A stretch of DNA of 64,000 bases, taken from NCBI RefSeq assembly GCF_054482595.1, contig NZ_CM137008.1, one strand, 5' to 3'. Both the position numbers and the translations under genes were made by a program. Below, piece after piece: positions 44,765 through 56,653 of this stretch (its first letter is position 1; the number at the start of each line of letters is the position of its first letter). The notes under the pieces are model-generated. The model ran no database searches and had not been told where the DNA came from. It was given only the letters and a program-made list of their open reading frames with translations.

Positions 44765-45504
44765 GTAAATTATTTTGGGCGATGCTCTCTTTTATTACGC
44801 GTCTGCCTGTACCGCGTCGCTGGTCCCAGGGACTGGATTTCGAGCATTATTCTCGCGGTATTATTACTTTTCCTTTAATTGGATTATTGCTTGGCGCGAT
44901 TAGCGGGCTGGTCTTCATGGTGCTGCAGGCATGGTGTGGCGTACCACTGGCGGCACTGTTTAGCGTGCTTGTGCTGGCGCTGATGACCGGGGGATTCCAC
45001 CTGGACGGCCTCGCCGATACCTGTGATGGCGTATTTTCTGCACGTAGCCGCGATCGCATGTTGGAAATCATGCGTGATAGCCGTTTAGGCACCCACGGCG
45101 GTCTGGCATTGATTTTTGTGGTACTGGCAAAGATTCTGGTGTTAAGCGAGTTGGCTCTGCGTGGCGAACCGATCCTTGCATCGCTGGCGGCAGCATGTGC
45201 GGTCAGCCGCGGGACTGCCGCATTATTGATGTATCGTCATCGTTATGCCCGGGAAGAAGGGCTTGGCAATGTGTTCATTGGCAAAATTGATGGGCGACAA
45301 ACCTGCGTCACACTCGGCTTAGCCGCTATTTTTGCTGCCGTATTATTGCCGGGTATGCATGGTGTGGCTGCTATGGTGGTGACGATGGTGGCGATTTTCA
45401 TCCTCGGTCAGCTTCTCAAACGTACGCTGGGCGGGCAAACCGGCGATACGCTGGGAGCTGCTATAGAGCTTGGTGAACTGGTCTTCCTGCTGGCACTGCT
45501 ATAA
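44761..45504 (+). CDS. cobS: adenosylcobinamide-GDP ribazoletransferase (cobalamin synthase)
   Basis: 247 aa membrane protein from internal start at 44761 (ORF track starts at 44725); 4-bp overlap with cobU stop. Confidence 0.9.
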
Positions 45505-45515
45505 AGAGACGTGAC

Positions 45516-46595
45516 ATGCAAACACTTGCCGATTTACTGAATACGATCCCTGCCATCGATCCTGCCGCGATGTCGCGTGCACAACGGCATATTGACGGGT
45601 TACTCAAACCTGTTGGTAGCCTGGGAAGGCTGGAGGCGCTTGCCATACAACTGGCAGGAATGCCGGGGTTGAATGGCATACCGCATGTGGGCAAAAAAGC
45701 GGTACTGGTTATGTGTGCCGATCACGGCGTCTGGGAGGAAGGGGTCGCTATTTCCCCAAAAGAAGTGACAGCCATTCAGGCTGAAAATATGACCCGCGGA
45801 ACAACCGGCGTGTGTGTGCTGGCAGCACAAGCGGGCGCTAACGTCTACGTAATTGATGTTGGTATTGATACTGCTGAGCCTATCCCCGGGCTTATCAACA
45901 TGCGTGTTGCTCGAGGTAGTGGCAATATTGCTTCAGCTCCGGCAATGAGTCGCCATCAGGCAGAAAAGTTGCTTTTGGACGTCATATGTTATACGCGGGA
46001 GCTGGCAAAAAACGGTGTTACGCTGTTTGGTGTAGGTGAACTGGGGATGGCAAACACGACACCGGCAGCGGCAATAGTCAGCACAATCACTGGCCGGGCT
46101 CCTGAAGAAGTGGTTGGGATTGGCGCAAACCTGCCGACAGATAAACTGGCTAATAAAATTGATGTTGTGCGCCGGGCGATTACGTTGAATCAACCAAATC
46201 CGCAGGATGGCGTTGATGTCCTGGCAAAAGTGGGTGGATTTGATTTGGTCGGAATGGCTGGCGTGATGTTAGGCGCTGCTTCCTGCGGTTTACCCGTGTT
46301 GCTGGATGGATTTCTTTCTTATGCTGCCGCGCTCGCAGCCTGCCAGATGTCTCCTGCAATCAAACCGTATCTCATTCCTTCTCACCTGTCGGCAGAAAAA
46401 GGGGCGCGTATTGCGCTGTCGCATTTGGGGCTGGAGCCTTTTCTCAATATGGAGATGCGTTTAGGTGAGGGGAGTGGCGCAGCTCTGGCGATGCCCATCA
46501 TCGAAGCTGCCTGTGCGATATATAACAACATGGGCGAACTTGCTGCCAGTAATATTGTTCTACCGGGGAATACGACTTCTGATTTGAACAGTTAA
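45516..46595 (+). CDS. cobT: nicotinate-nucleotide--dimethylbenzimidazole phosphoribosyltransferase
   Basis: 359 aa; CobT family; operon position. Confidence 0.9.
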   Translation: MQTLADLLNTIPAIDPAAMSRAQRHIDGLLKPVGSLGRLEALAIQLAGMPGLNGIPHVGKKAVLVMCADHGVWEEGVAISPKEVTAIQAENMTRGTTGVCVLAAQAGANVYVIDVGIDTAEPIPGLINMRVARGSGNIASAPAMSRHQAEKLLLDVICYTRELAKNGVTLFGVGELGMANTTPAAAIVSTITGRAPEEVVGIGANLPTDKLANKIDVVRRAITLNQPNPQDGVDVLAKVGGFDLVGMAGVMLGAASCGLPVLLDGFLSYAAALAACQMSPAIKPYLIPSHLSAEKGARIALSHLGLEPFLNMEMRLGEGSGAALAMPIIEAACAIYNNMGELAASNIVLPGNTTSDLNS

Positions 46596-46659
46596 AAACG
46601 AAAAGTCTGATAAAAGCTATACTTAACGGATAGCTTTCGCGACTTAGGAAAGGGACATG

Positions 46660-47592
46660 ATGCGTCGTGTAAATATTTTTTGCTCATTTGCTCTGCTTTT
46701 TGCCAGCCATACTAGCCTGGCGGTAACTTATCCATTACCTCCAGAGGGTAGCCGTTTAGTGGGGCAGTCGTTTACTGTAACTGTTCCTGATCACAATACC
46801 CAGCCGCTGGAGACTTTTGCCGCACAATACGGGCAAGGGTTAAGTAACATGCTGGAAGCGAACCCGGGCGCTGATGTTTTTTTGCCGAAGTCTGGCTCGC
46901 AACTCACCATTCCGCAGCAACTGATTTTGCCCGCCACTGTTCGTAAAGGGATTGTGGTTAACGTCGCTGAGATGCGTCTTTATTACTACCCACCAGACAG
47001 TAATACTGTGGAAGTCTTTCCTATTGGTATCGGCCAGGCTGGGCGAGAAACCCCGCGTAACTGGGTGACTACCGTTGAACGTAAACAAGAAGCTCCAACC
47101 TGGACGCCAACGCCGAACACTCGGCGCGAATATGCGAAACGAGGGGAGAGTTTGCCCGCATTTGTTCCTGCGGGCCCCGATAATCCCATGGGGCTGTACG
47201 CGATTTATATTGGCAGGTTGTATGCCATCCATGGTACCAATGCCAATTTTGGTATTGGGCTCCGGGTAAGTCAGGGCTGTATTCGTCTGCGCAATGACGA
47301 TATCAAATATCTGTTTGATAATGTTCCTGTTGGGACGCGTGTGCAAATTATCGACCAGCCAGTAAAATACACCACTGAACCAGATGGCTCGAACTGGCTG
47401 GAAGTTCATGAGCCGTTGTCGCGCAATCGTGCAGAATATGAGTCTGACCGAAAAGTGCCATTGCCGGTAACCCCATCTTTGCGGGCGTTTATCAGCGGGC
47501 AAGAAGTTGATGTAAATCGCGCAAATGCTGCGTTGCAACGTCGATCGGGAATGCCTGTGCAAATTAGTTCTGGTTCAAGACAGATGTTTTAA
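46660..47592 (+). CDS. ldtA: L,D-transpeptidase (ErfK/LdtA)
   Basis: 310 aa; signal peptide, LysM-like region and YkuD catalytic domain ([19 protein letters not shown]). Confidence 0.9.
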   Translation: MRRVNIFCSFALLFASHTSLAVTYPLPPEGSRLVGQSFTVTVPDHNTQPLETFAAQYGQGLSNMLEANPGADVFLPKSGSQLTIPQQLILPATVRKGIVVNVAEMRLYYYPPDSNTVEVFPIGIGQAGRETPRNWVTTVERKQEAPTWTPTPNTRREYAKRGESLPAFVPAGPDNPMGLYAIYIGRLYAIHGTNANFGIGLRVSQGCIRLRNDDIKYLFDNVPVGTRVQIIDQPVKYTTEPDGSNWLEVHEPLSRNRAEYESDRKVPLPVTPSLRAFISGQEVDVNRANAALQRRSGMPVQISSGSRQMF

Positions 47593-47613
47593 GAGCGTTG
47601 GTAATTAGAAAGC

Positions 47614-47642
47614 AAAAAGCCTGCTAGAAAGCAGGCTTTTTT
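47614..47642 (+). terminator. rho-independent terminator after ldtA
   Basis: AAAAAGCCTGCT-agaa-AGCAGGCTTTTTT stem-loop with T-run. Confidence 0.7.
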
Positions 47643-47647
47643 GAATT

Positions 47648-47723
47648 TGGCTCCTCTGACTGGACTCGAACCAGTGACATACGGATTAACAGTCCGCCGT
47701 TCTACCGACTGAACTACAGAGGA
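47648..47723 (-). tRNA. asnV: tRNA-Asn (GUU)
   Basis: 76-nt reverse complement of TCCTCTGTAGTTCAGTCGGTAGAACGGCGGACTGTTAATCCG...GAGGAGCCA; position between ldtA and nac. Confidence 0.9.
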
Positions 47724-48049
47724 ATCGTGTGAACGGGGCGCATATTAATGGCAGTGCATGGTGATGTCAAAGGGTGAAATGCATTTTTTTGTTTGTTTGC
47801 TGTCAATTTCAACAAAGTGGTGAGCTTTCAATCTTATTGGGTAATGAACCATCGTGGTGCATACCCTCCTTTTATAGGGCAGGGGAACGCGACAGCTGAT
47901 TAAAGGAGCAAATGACGAATCTATCATAATCTCTTATTTGACAGTTGGTTAGCTTGTACATCAACGCCAAAATAAAACTGGCAAGCATCTTGCAATCTGG
48001 TTGTAAGTAATGGCGGCACTTGGGCCGATTCTTAAAAACCGGAGGCAAC

Positions 48050-48967
48050 ATGAACTTCAGACGCCTGAAATACTTCGTAAAAATTGTAGATATTGGTAGC
48101 CTGACCCAGGCTGCTGAAGTATTGCATATCGCACAACCAGCGCTCAGCCAGCAGGTTGCCACACTGGAAGGTGAGTTAAATCAACAACTTTTGATCCGTA
48201 CAAAGCGGGGCGTTACGCCAACAGACGCCGGAAAAATTCTCTATACCCATGCGCGGGCCATTTTACGTCAGTGTGAACAGGCCCAACTGGCGGTGCATAA
48301 CGTTGGTCAGGCATTATCGGGGCAAGTCTCGATTGGCTTTGCACCAGGAACCGCTGCGTCATCCATCACCATGCCCTTATTACAGGCGGTTCGCGCTGAA
48401 TTTCCGGAGATCGTTATCTATCTTCATGAAAATAGTGGTGCAGTGCTTAACGAAAAATTGATAAATCACCAACTCGATATGGCGGTGATTTATGAGCATT
48501 CCCCTGTGGCTGGTGTATCCAGTCAGGCTTTGCTGAAAGAAGATCTTTTTCTGGTAGGTACTCAAGATTGCCCGGGGCAAAGCGTTGATGTGAATGCTAT
48601 TGCGAAAATGAACCTCTTTCTCCCCAGTGATTACAGTGCTATTAGACTTCGTGTTGATGAGGCTTTTTCCCTACGGCGACTCACGGCAAAAGTTATTGGT
48701 GAAATTGAGTCTATTGCCACGCTTACCGCAGCGATTGCCAGCGGCATGGGCGTTGCAGTATTACCCGAATCGGCCGCGCGTTCGTTATGTGGCGCAGTAA
48801 ATGGGTGGATGTCACGCATTACCACTCCTTCCATGAGTCTCTCTTTGTCATTAAATTTACCCGCCAGAGCGAACTTATCGCCACAGGCACAGGCAGTGAA
48901 AGAGTTGTTAATGTCAGTGATTAGTTCTCCAGTGATGGAAAAAAGGCAGTGGCAATTGGTGAGCTAA
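48050..48967 (+). CDS. nac: nitrogen assimilation control LysR-type regulator
   Basis: 305 aa from internal ATG 48050 preceded by GGAGG; MNFRRLKYFVKIVDIGSLTQAAEVLHIAQPALSQQV. Confidence 0.9.
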   Translation: MNFRRLKYFVKIVDIGSLTQAAEVLHIAQPALSQQVATLEGELNQQLLIRTKRGVTPTDAGKILYTHARAILRQCEQAQLAVHNVGQALSGQVSIGFAPGTAASSITMPLLQAVRAEFPEIVIYLHENSGAVLNEKLINHQLDMAVIYEHSPVAGVSSQALLKEDLFLVGTQDCPGQSVDVNAIAKMNLFLPSDYSAIRLRVDEAFSLRRLTAKVIGEIESIATLTAAIASGMGVAVLPESAARSLCGAVNGWMSRITTPSMSLSLSLNLPARANLSPQAQAVKELLMSVISSPVMEKRQWQLVS

Positions 48968-49068
48968 GTGTTATATCGGAATGGAATAAGATGCGGGTTT
49001 TTATTATTTGTTATGCCGGGCATTAGACTTTAACAATAACGGGAAATCTGAACTGCCCGGAGTTTACC

Positions 49069-50019
49069 GTGAATTTCCAACAACTAAAGATAATCCGCGA
49101 GGCTGCACGTCAGGATTACAACCTGACAGAGGTTGCGAATATGCTTTTTACCTCACAGTCAGGCGTCAGCCGTCATATTCGGGAACTGGAGGATGAACTT
49201 GGCATCGAAATATTTGTTCGACGAGGTAAGCGACTGCTGGGCATGACTGAACCGGGCAAAGCATTACTGGTCATTGCAGAACGTATTCTGAATGAAGCCA
49301 GTAATGTTCGTCGGCTTGCAGACCTGTTTACCAACGATACGTCTGGCGTTCTCACTATTGCAACGACGCATACTCAGGCACGTTATAGCTTGCCAGAGGT
49401 CATTAAAGCTTTTCGCGAACTTTTCCCGGAGGTTCGGCTCGGGCTAATCCAGGGGACGCCACAGGAAATTGCGACATTGTTGCAAAATGGCGAAGCTGAT
49501 ATTGGTATCGCCAGCGAGCGTTTGAGTAATGACCCGCAGCTCGTCGCCTTCCCGTGGTTTCGTTGGCACCATAGTTTGCTTGTTCCACACGATCATCCCT
49601 TGACGCAAATTTCACCATTGACGCTGGAATCAATAGCGAAGTGGCCGTTAATCACTTACCGACAGGGGATTACGGGGCGCTCACGTATTGATGACGCATT
49701 TGCCCGCAAAGGTTTGCTGGCAGATATTGTATTAAGTGCGCAGGATTCTGATGTCATTAAAACCTATGTTGCTCTTGGGCTTGGGATCGGATTAGTTGCC
49801 GAACAATCCAGCGGCGAACAAGAGGAAGAGAATTTAATCCGTCTGGATACGCGGCATCTTTTCGATGCTAATACTGTCTGGTTGGGACTGAAGCGAGGAC
49901 AACTTCAGCGTAACTATGTCTGGCGCTTTCTGGAACTTTGTAATGCAGGACTGTCAGTTGAGGATATCAAGCGGCAGGTGATGGAAAACAGTGAAGAGGA
50001 AATTGATTATCAGATATAG
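49069..50019 (+). CDS. cbl: LysR-type regulator of sulfonate-sulfur utilization
   Basis: 316 aa; MNFQQLKIIREAARQDYNLTEVANMLFTSQSGVSRHIRELE; CysB-like. Confidence 0.9.
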   Translation: MNFQQLKIIREAARQDYNLTEVANMLFTSQSGVSRHIRELEDELGIEIFVRRGKRLLGMTEPGKALLVIAERILNEASNVRRLADLFTNDTSGVLTIATTHTQARYSLPEVIKAFRELFPEVRLGLIQGTPQEIATLLQNGEADIGIASERLSNDPQLVAFPWFRWHHSLLVPHDHPLTQISPLTLESIAKWPLITYRQGITGRSRIDDAFARKGLLADIVLSAQDSDVIKTYVALGLGIGLVAEQSSGEQEEENLIRLDTRHLFDANTVWLGLKRGQLQRNYVWRFLELCNAGLSVEDIKRQVMENSEEEIDYQI

Positions 50020-50021
50020 CA

Positions 50022-50050
50022 AAAAGCCCGCTATAAAAGCGGGCTTTTCA
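50022..50050 (+). terminator. rho-independent terminator after cbl
   Basis: AAAAAGCCCGCT-ataaa-AGCGGGCTTTT. Confidence 0.7.
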
Positions 50051-50056
50051 GAAATT

Positions 50057-50132
50057 TGGCTCCTCTGACTGGACTCGAACCAGTGACATACGGATTAACA
50101 GTCCGCCGTTCTACCGACTGAACTACAGAGGA
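50057..50132 (-). tRNA. asnU: tRNA-Asn (GUU)
   Basis: Identical 76-nt tRNA-Asn sequence on the minus strand; between cbl and yeeO. Confidence 0.9.
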
Positions 50133-50292
50133 ATCGCTGTTGAGGCACATCTTAACGGCGAAAAATCTTTTGTCAAACCCGATTTTTAAATTCCCCAACT
50201 GTTTGCCGTTTCTATCAACAGTTTGTTGCATTTGCAGACAATTTGTTGGCGAAAATCTTTGCAGCTTTGCTGATTCTCCCTCATTATTTGAA

Positions 50293-51780
50293 ATGTGGTT
50301 TCACTTTCTGCAATTAAGGTCGGCTTTGAATATCTCCTCTGCTTTACGCCAGGTTGTTCACGGCACTCGCTGGCACGCTAAACGCAAGAGCTACAAAGTG
50401 TTGTTCTGGCGCGAGATAACCCCGCTTGCTGTTCCTATCTTCATGGAGAATGCCTGTGTCCTGTTGATGGGTGTCCTGAGCACTTTTCTGGTCAGCTGGC
50501 TGGGAAAAGATGCGATGGCCGGCGTGGGATTGGCGGACAGCTTCAATATGGTCATTATGGCTTTTTTTGCTGCTATCGATCTTGGTACTACTGTCGTTGT
50601 GGCATTTAGTCTCGGTAAGCGGGATCGACGACGAGCGAGGGTGGCGACGCGGCAGTCATTGGTGATCATGACGTTGTTTGCCGTACTGTTGGCAACGCTT
50701 ATTCATCATTTTGGCGAACAAATTATTGATTTCGTCGCGGGTGATGCCACGACAGAAGTTAAAGCACTGGCGTTGACTTATCTGGAGCTGACGGCACTCA
50801 GTTATCCAGCAGCTGCCATCACTTTGATTGGTAGCGGGGCACTTCGTGGTGCAGGGAATACGAAAATACCGCTACTGATTAACGGTAGCCTGAATATTCT
50901 TAATATTATTATTAGCGGCATATTGATTTACGGCCTTTTCTCCTGGCCGGGACTGGGATTTGTCGGGGCTGGGTTGGGTTTAACCATTTCTCGTTATATT
51001 GGCGCAGTTGCAATTTTGTGGGTGCTGGCGATTGGTTTTAATCCTGCGCTAAGGATTTCGTTAAAGAGCTATTTTAAACCGCTGAATTTTAGCATTATCT
51101 GGGAAGTCATGGGGATTGGTATTCCAGCGAGTGTCGAATCAGTGTTATTTACCAGTGGTCGGTTATTAACCCAAATGTTCGTTGCCGGGATGGGGACCAG
51201 TGTTATTGCCGGAAATTTTATCGCGTTTTCAATTGCGGCTCTTATCAACTTACCCGGAAGTGCGCTCGGCTCTGCTTCTACGATCATTACAGGCCGAAGG
51301 TTGGGGGTAGGGCAGATAGCGCAAGCAGAGATTCAGTTGCGGCATGTGTTCTGGCTTTCCACTCTTGGATTAACGGCCATCGCCTGGCTAACGGCTCCCT
51401 TTGCCGGGGTTATGGCATCGTTTTACACCCAGGATCCACAGGTTAAACATGTCGTTGTGATTCTGATTTGGCTAAATGCTTTATTTATGCCTATTTGGTC
51501 CGCCTCATGGGTGCTACCCGCTGGATTTAAAGGTGCTCGCGATGCCCGTTACGCCATGTGGGTTTCTATGTTGAGCATGTGGGGTTGCCGGGTTGTCGTC
51601 GGTTATGTGCTGGGCATCATGCTTGGCTGGGGTGTGGTTGGTGTCTGGATGGGAATGTTTGCCGACTGGGCTGTGCGGGCCGTGCTGTTTTACTGGCGAA
51701 TGGTTACTGGACGTTGGCTGTGGAAATACCCTCGATCCGAACCGCAAAAGTGTGAAAAAAAGCCAGCTGTGTCGGAATAA
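50293..51780 (+). CDS. yeeO: MATE-family efflux transporter
   Basis: 495 aa from ATG 50293 (ORF track extends to 50140); 12-TM MATE topology. Confidence 0.85.
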   Translation: MWFHFLQLRSALNISSALRQVVHGTRWHAKRKSYKVLFWREITPLAVPIFMENACVLLMGVLSTFLVSWLGKDAMAGVGLADSFNMVIMAFFAAIDLGTTVVVAFSLGKRDRRRARVATRQSLVIMTLFAVLLATLIHHFGEQIIDFVAGDATTEVKALALTYLELTALSYPAAAITLIGSGALRGAGNTKIPLLINGSLNILNIIISGILIYGLFSWPGLGFVGAGLGLTISRYIGAVAILWVLAIGFNPALRISLKSYFKPLNFSIIWEVMGIGIPASVESVLFTSGRLLTQMFVAGMGTSVIAGNFIAFSIAALINLPGSALGSASTIITGRRLGVGQIAQAEIQLRHVFWLSTLGLTAIAWLTAPFAGVMASFYTQDPQVKHVVVILIWLNALFMPIWSASWVLPAGFKGARDARYAMWVSMLSMWGCRVVVGYVLGIMLGWGVVGVWMGMFADWAVRAVLFYWRMVTGRWLWKYPRSEPQKCEKKPAVSE

Positions 51781-51880
51781 ACGACAAAATGCAGATTATT
51801 TCAGCAAACGATTTCAAATTTAAAAAACAGGCTTTGACATTATGGGTGGGCATCGCTAATATTCGTCTCGTTCTCACGAT

Positions 51881-51956
51881 TCCTCTGTAGTTCAGTCGGT
51901 AGAACGGCGGACTGTTAATCCGTATGTCACTGGTTCGAGTCCAGTCAGAGGAGCCA
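51881..51956 (+). tRNA. asnW: tRNA-Asn (GUU)
   Basis: TCCTCTGTAGTTCAGTCGGTAGAACGGCGGACTGTTAATCCGTATGTCACTGGTTCGAGTCCAGTCAGAGGAGCCA; terminator-like hairpin follows near 52018..52056. Confidence 0.9.
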
Positions 51957-52407
51957 AATTTTAGTTTTGAGATATCTCTATGAGTCTCAAAACAGTTAAA
52001 AAATAAAAATTATTTTTACCCGGTTACCTTGTAAAAAAGTGACCGGGTTTTTTGATTTCTGTGTTTCGTGCGCTTAATCGAGTCTCACGCTTCAGTGAGC
52101 AAGTTGCCCCCAACAGACATCACGATTCGCAAGGTCAAAAACTCTGTTCCATGAAGTACCGTACAAAGATAAAGAGAAAAATGCCTTATGCGGGATGTCG
52201 CTATCGCGTCTTTATCGGGAAACTATGCGTTATTGCCACTTTGCCTTCTGTAATCAGAAAAAGAAGAACTGGAATTTTAATAAATATTATTTCTCTGGGA
52301 ACGGGGATTTTTTATAATCAATATGACGAGTTGAACATTATATTTTTTATAAGGGTTATATGAGATTAAAGAAATCTGCCGTAAAGACAGATTTCTTTAA
52401 AAGATAA

Positions 52408-53124
52408 TTAGAGATTTGCGACGTTATGATAAACTTTTTGTACATCGTCGTCATCTTCAAGGGCATCAACAAGCCCTTCAAAGATTTCTAAATCTTCTGG
52501 GGAAAGCTCAACTTCAGATTGAGCAATCATTTCTAATTCTGTTGTTGAGAACTCAGTGATTCCAGCTGCTTTTAGAGCCGCGATTCCTTTATGAAGGTCA
52601 GTAGGTTCAGTATAAATAACAATGTTACCTTCTTCTTCAGTCACATCACGAACATCAACTTCAGCTTCAAGTAAAATTTCAAAAATATGGTCAGGGTCTG
52701 TCCCCTTAAATACAATCACACCCGTATTGTCAAACATATAGCTGACAGAACCTGCCGCTCCGATATTGCCGCCTTTTTTATTGAAAATTGTGCGAACGTT
52801 AGCAATCGTACGGTTAACATTTGAAGTCAATGTCTCGGCGATAATCATTGAGCCATTAGGACCAAAGCCTTCATAACGTCCCTGCACGAACGTTTCATCT
52901 CCGCCGCCTTTGGCTTTATCAATTGCTTTATCAATAACGTGCTTTGGAACTTGTGCCTGCTTTGCACGTTCAATAACGAATTTTAAAGATGTGTTTAATT
53001 CTGGATCAGGTTCACCTTGTTTGGCAGCAGCATAGATTTCTACACCGAATTTTGCATAAATTTTAGACGTTGCACCGTCTTTAGCCGTTTTTTTAGCAAC
53101 AATATTGGCCCATTTACGTCCCAC
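52408..53124 (-). CDS. yeeN: YebC/PmpR-family probable transcriptional regulator
   Basis: 238 aa; [27 protein letters not shown]... Confidence 0.9.
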
Positions 53125-53466
53125 TGGAATGATCTCCTCGAAAATTTATTTACATTACAGGTAAATCGTTAACATGTGTTAATTCGGCATATTATATCAT
53201 AACAGGAAAAATCTCGTCTATTAGAAATAAAAATATTCTAAAGCCATAATCTTATATTTTGTTTTATAAATACTAATGTTGTTGGCGGGATTTTTTATAA
53301 TTATGTTTTTAAAGCATACTTGCTTTTAATATGCGGAAATCATTAAGACGATAATGAAACTCGCATTTGCCCAAGGAAGCAAACAGCCCGCGTTTATTGC
53401 AGGCTATTTGCCAGATGTCTTACTTAATCCTTCACATCTATTTCTGATAAGAAGGTTCAGAACTTA

Positions 53467-54921
53467 TTATCGGAACGGCGGCTCATTAAAGGTTCGTAAT
53501 TTACGTGAATGCAGTCGGTCGCCTTCTGCGCGCAGCAAATCGATCGCCCGAATGCCAATTTGTAGGTGTTCGGAAATAGCGCCTTCATAAAAACGGTTAG
53601 CCTGACCGGGAAGTTTAATCTCGCCATGCAACGGTTTATCTGAAACACACAGTAGTGTCCCGTATGGCACGCGGAAACGATATCCTTGCGCGGCAATGGT
53701 TGCACTTTCCATATCAATTGCTACGGCCCGGCTTAAGTTAAAACGAAGTGCAGAAGCTGAGTAACGTAATTCCCAGTTCCTGTCATCTGTGGTTACCACA
53801 GTACCAGTACGTAGCCGCTGTTTGACTTCCTCACCGGGCCTGCCACTCACCAGCTTGGTGGCGTCATAAAGCGCACGTTGCACTTCAGCAATGCTCGGAA
53901 TAGGAATATCGGGCGGCAGAACCGCATCAAGAACGTGGTCATCGCGTAAATAAGCGTGTGCAAGTACATAATCGCCAATGGCCTGACTTTCACGTAATCC
54001 GCCACAGTGACCAATCATCAACCAGACATCCGGGCGTAGCACTGCCAGATGATCGCAGATGGTTTTAGCATTTGACGGTCCCACGCCAATATTCACCAGA
54101 GTAATACCCTGACCATCGGCGGTAATTAAATGCCATGCTGGCATCTGATGTTTTTTCCATGCAAGGTCGGAAATGGCTTCTTCTGGCGCTTCGGTTTCGG
54201 CGGTGATCCAGTTCCCGCCAGCACAAGAAAGGGCAATGTAGGGACTATCAGGATCGAGGATCTGGCTGCATCCCCAACGAACGAATTCATCCACATAACG
54301 TGTGTAGTTGGTAAACAAGACGAACGGCTGAAAATGTTCAACTGGCGTACCGGTATAATGGCGCAACCGTGCGAGGGAAAAATCGACGCGGCGCGCATCA
54401 AAATGCGATAGGGGGGAGAATTCAGTTGGATGATAAATGCCGTCTGCAGTTTCATCGCCAATTTGCGCCAGTTCTGTTGTCGGGAAGTAGCGAGTTAACC
54501 CAGCGCTCATTGAGCGATCAAGTGTCAATTCAGAGCCATCGATGACATAAGGATAAGGGATTTCATGCTGCGAGGGTTGCACAGAGATATGCGCACCATA
54601 ATCCTGATACAGCAACGTAAGTTGTTCATTAAGATACGAACGAAAGAGAGTAGGGCGAGTAATCGTGGTGGTGTAGCTGCCTGCGTGAGTAAAACGACCA
54701 AATGCGCGCGTTTTGGGGGGATTGGTTGTGCTACCGTCCCAGGTTACGGTCAGTGATGGATAGACAAAAAGACCTTGTTTGCGGGCGTTTTCATCAGGTA
54801 ATTCGCCACTTGTAATATAGTTGCCAATGGCGTTGCGTAATGCGACTACAGATTGCTCATACAGCGCGTCGAGTTTATCCAGTGCCTGAGCTGGGGTCAG
54901 ACCGGAGCCCTTATTATTCAT
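53467..54921 (-). CDS. amn: AMP nucleosidase
   Basis: 484 aa from ATG 54921 (MNNKGSGLTPAQALDKLDALYEQ...); ORF track begins further upstream at 55077. Confidence 0.9.
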   Translation of the reverse strand: MNNKGSGLTPAQALDKLDALYEQSVVALRNAIGNYITSGELPDENARKQGLFVYPSLTVTWDGSTTNPPKTRAFGRFTHAGSYTTTITRPTLFRSYLNEQLTLLYQDYGAHISVQPSQHEIPYPYVIDGSELTLDRSMSAGLTRYFPTTELAQIGDETADGIYHPTEFSPLSHFDARRVDFSLARLRHYTGTPVEHFQPFVLFTNYTRYVDEFVRWGCSQILDPDSPYIALSCAGGNWITAETEAPEEAISDLAWKKHQMPAWHLITADGQGITLVNIGVGPSNAKTICDHLAVLRPDVWLMIGHCGGLRESQAIGDYVLAHAYLRDDHVLDAVLPPDIPIPSIAEVQRALYDATKLVSGRPGEEVKQRLRTGTVVTTDDRNWELRYSASALRFNLSRAVAIDMESATIAAQGYRFRVPYGTLLCVSDKPLHGEIKLPGQANRFYEGAISEHLQIGIRAIDLLRAEGDRLHSRKLRTFNEPPFR

Positions 54922-55022
54922 GTGTGTCTCCTGTTCCATACAATTACCGCACATCCGATAGTATGTCACAGGAATGTGAAACAAAAGTGTAAGGCGAAGA
55001 TCGGATGATCTTCGCCAGACTA

Positions 55023-56339
55023 TCAAGCGCGTTGATTGTCTTTCATCAACAAAGCGGTCATTGCGGAAATCAGACATCCAGCCAGCAAATAAATGGCGAC
55101 GCTATGCCAGTTCCCGGCAAAGTAAGTGATGAGTGCAGCGGCAATAAAAGGTGTAAATCCACCGCCAACCACACTGGCGACCTGATAACCGACTCCAGCA
55201 CCACTATAGCGATAACTGGCACCAAACATTTCGGTAAACATCGGTTGTTGCACACACACCACCATGTCATGCGCAATGTTTGCCAGCATTATGGAGAAGA
55301 AAACTATCCAGAAAATAGATTGTGCTTCAAGCGCCATAAAGAAAGGAAATGCGCTCAACGTTCCGATTAACGCACCTGTGATATAAACCCTGCGGCGACC
55401 AAAACGATCGGCAAGCCAGGCAAAACAGGGAATTGTCAAGCAGCTTAATCCACCTACCAGCAAACCAATATTGAGGAAAAGTTCGCGCGGTAACCCCATA
55501 TTCTGGGTTGAATAATTAAGTGCAAAGGCAGTAACGATGTACATCGTCAGCAATTCGCACAGTCGTAGCGCAATAATCTTCAGGAAAGCACCGGGATGTC
55601 GTAACAGCGCTTCGATAACCGGGATGCGTTTTTTCGCGGCAGCTTGATAATGTTGCTGTTGTTCAAATTCCGCGGACTCCTCCATGCCATTGCGCACCCA
55701 CAATGCTCCCAGTACCAGTACGATGCTAAACAGGAAAGGAATGCGCCAGCCCCAGCTTAAAAACTGTTCGTCAGTCGTCATCATACTGATCAATGAAACC
55801 AGTCCGGTTGAAAGCAGTAAACCTACACCGTAGCCAACTTGTACACCGCTACTGTAAAAGGCTTTTTTATTTTTCGGTGCACTTTCAACGGAAAGCAACG
55901 CCGCGCCTCCCCATTCGCCGCCGACGGCAAATCCCTGAATGGCACGCAGTGTCACCAGCAAAATAGGTGCCCACCACCCAATGGTCGAGAATGAAGGAAG
56001 AATACCAATCAAGGCTGTCGCGATGCCCATCATCCAGACGGTCAGCATTAACATGCGCTTACGTCCCAGTCGGTCGCCAAAGTGACCGAAAATGACACCG
56101 CCGAGCGGACGGAAAAGGAATCCGACGCCAAAGGTGGCAAATGCGGCGAGCGTTCCCATCGCCGGGCTTACTTGCGGGAAAAACTCGCGATTAAACACCA
56201 GTGCGGCGGTGATGCCATAGAGTAAAAAATCATACCAGTCGACGACGGCACCAGCGAAGCTGCCTAACGCAGCTCGTCGGGCGCGACTTAACGAAAGCGT
56301 CCCTTCATCGGGACGAGTGGAGATGAGCGTGGAGTCCAT
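55023..56339 (-). CDS. shiA: shikimate/dehydroshikimate MFS transporter
   Basis: 438 aa 12-TM MFS protein. Confidence 0.9.
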   Translation of the reverse strand: MDSTLISTRPDEGTLSLSRARRAALGSFAGAVVDWYDFLLYGITAALVFNREFFPQVSPAMGTLAAFATFGVGFLFRPLGGVIFGHFGDRLGRKRMLMLTVWMMGIATALIGILPSFSTIGWWAPILLVTLRAIQGFAVGGEWGGAALLSVESAPKNKKAFYSSGVQVGYGVGLLLSTGLVSLISMMTTDEQFLSWGWRIPFLFSIVLVLGALWVRNGMEESAEFEQQQHYQAAAKKRIPVIEALLRHPGAFLKIIALRLCELLTMYIVTAFALNYSTQNMGLPRELFLNIGLLVGGLSCLTIPCFAWLADRFGRRRVYITGALIGTLSAFPFFMALEAQSIFWIVFFSIMLANIAHDMVVCVQQPMFTEMFGASYRYSGAGVGYQVASVVGGGFTPFIAAALITYFAGNWHSVAIYLLAGCLISAMTALLMKDNQRA

Positions 56340-56653
56340 AATGATCCTGTTTGTACTGTCTTTTTATAATTAGTATGGAAAAGGTAACTCACATTGCCGT
56401 CGATCTATAAACGAACCTTATGAGACTACCTCGACAGAGCGCATCTGCAAATGATTTTATGGCTGATTAGCGGCAACATGAAAAATTCGATGGAAGATGA
56501 AAGCGCAGGAGTTGCTGGTGTTGTTTAAGGATTAAGCAGAGGAGCCACAGGTTAGAGATATGAAACATAAAAGTCCGCATATGCACAAAATGGCACCCTG
56601 ATGAGTCTGATAGACTGCATTGCATTATAACCAGTAGGGAGGCGAGGTTAGGT

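Noticed and set aside
50140..50292. Upstream extension of the yeeO ORF to 546 aa
   Set aside because: The extension runs into the tRNA-Asn and cbl terminator region and lacks a membrane-protein-like N-terminus; the internal ATG at 50293 gives a standard-length MATE transporter.
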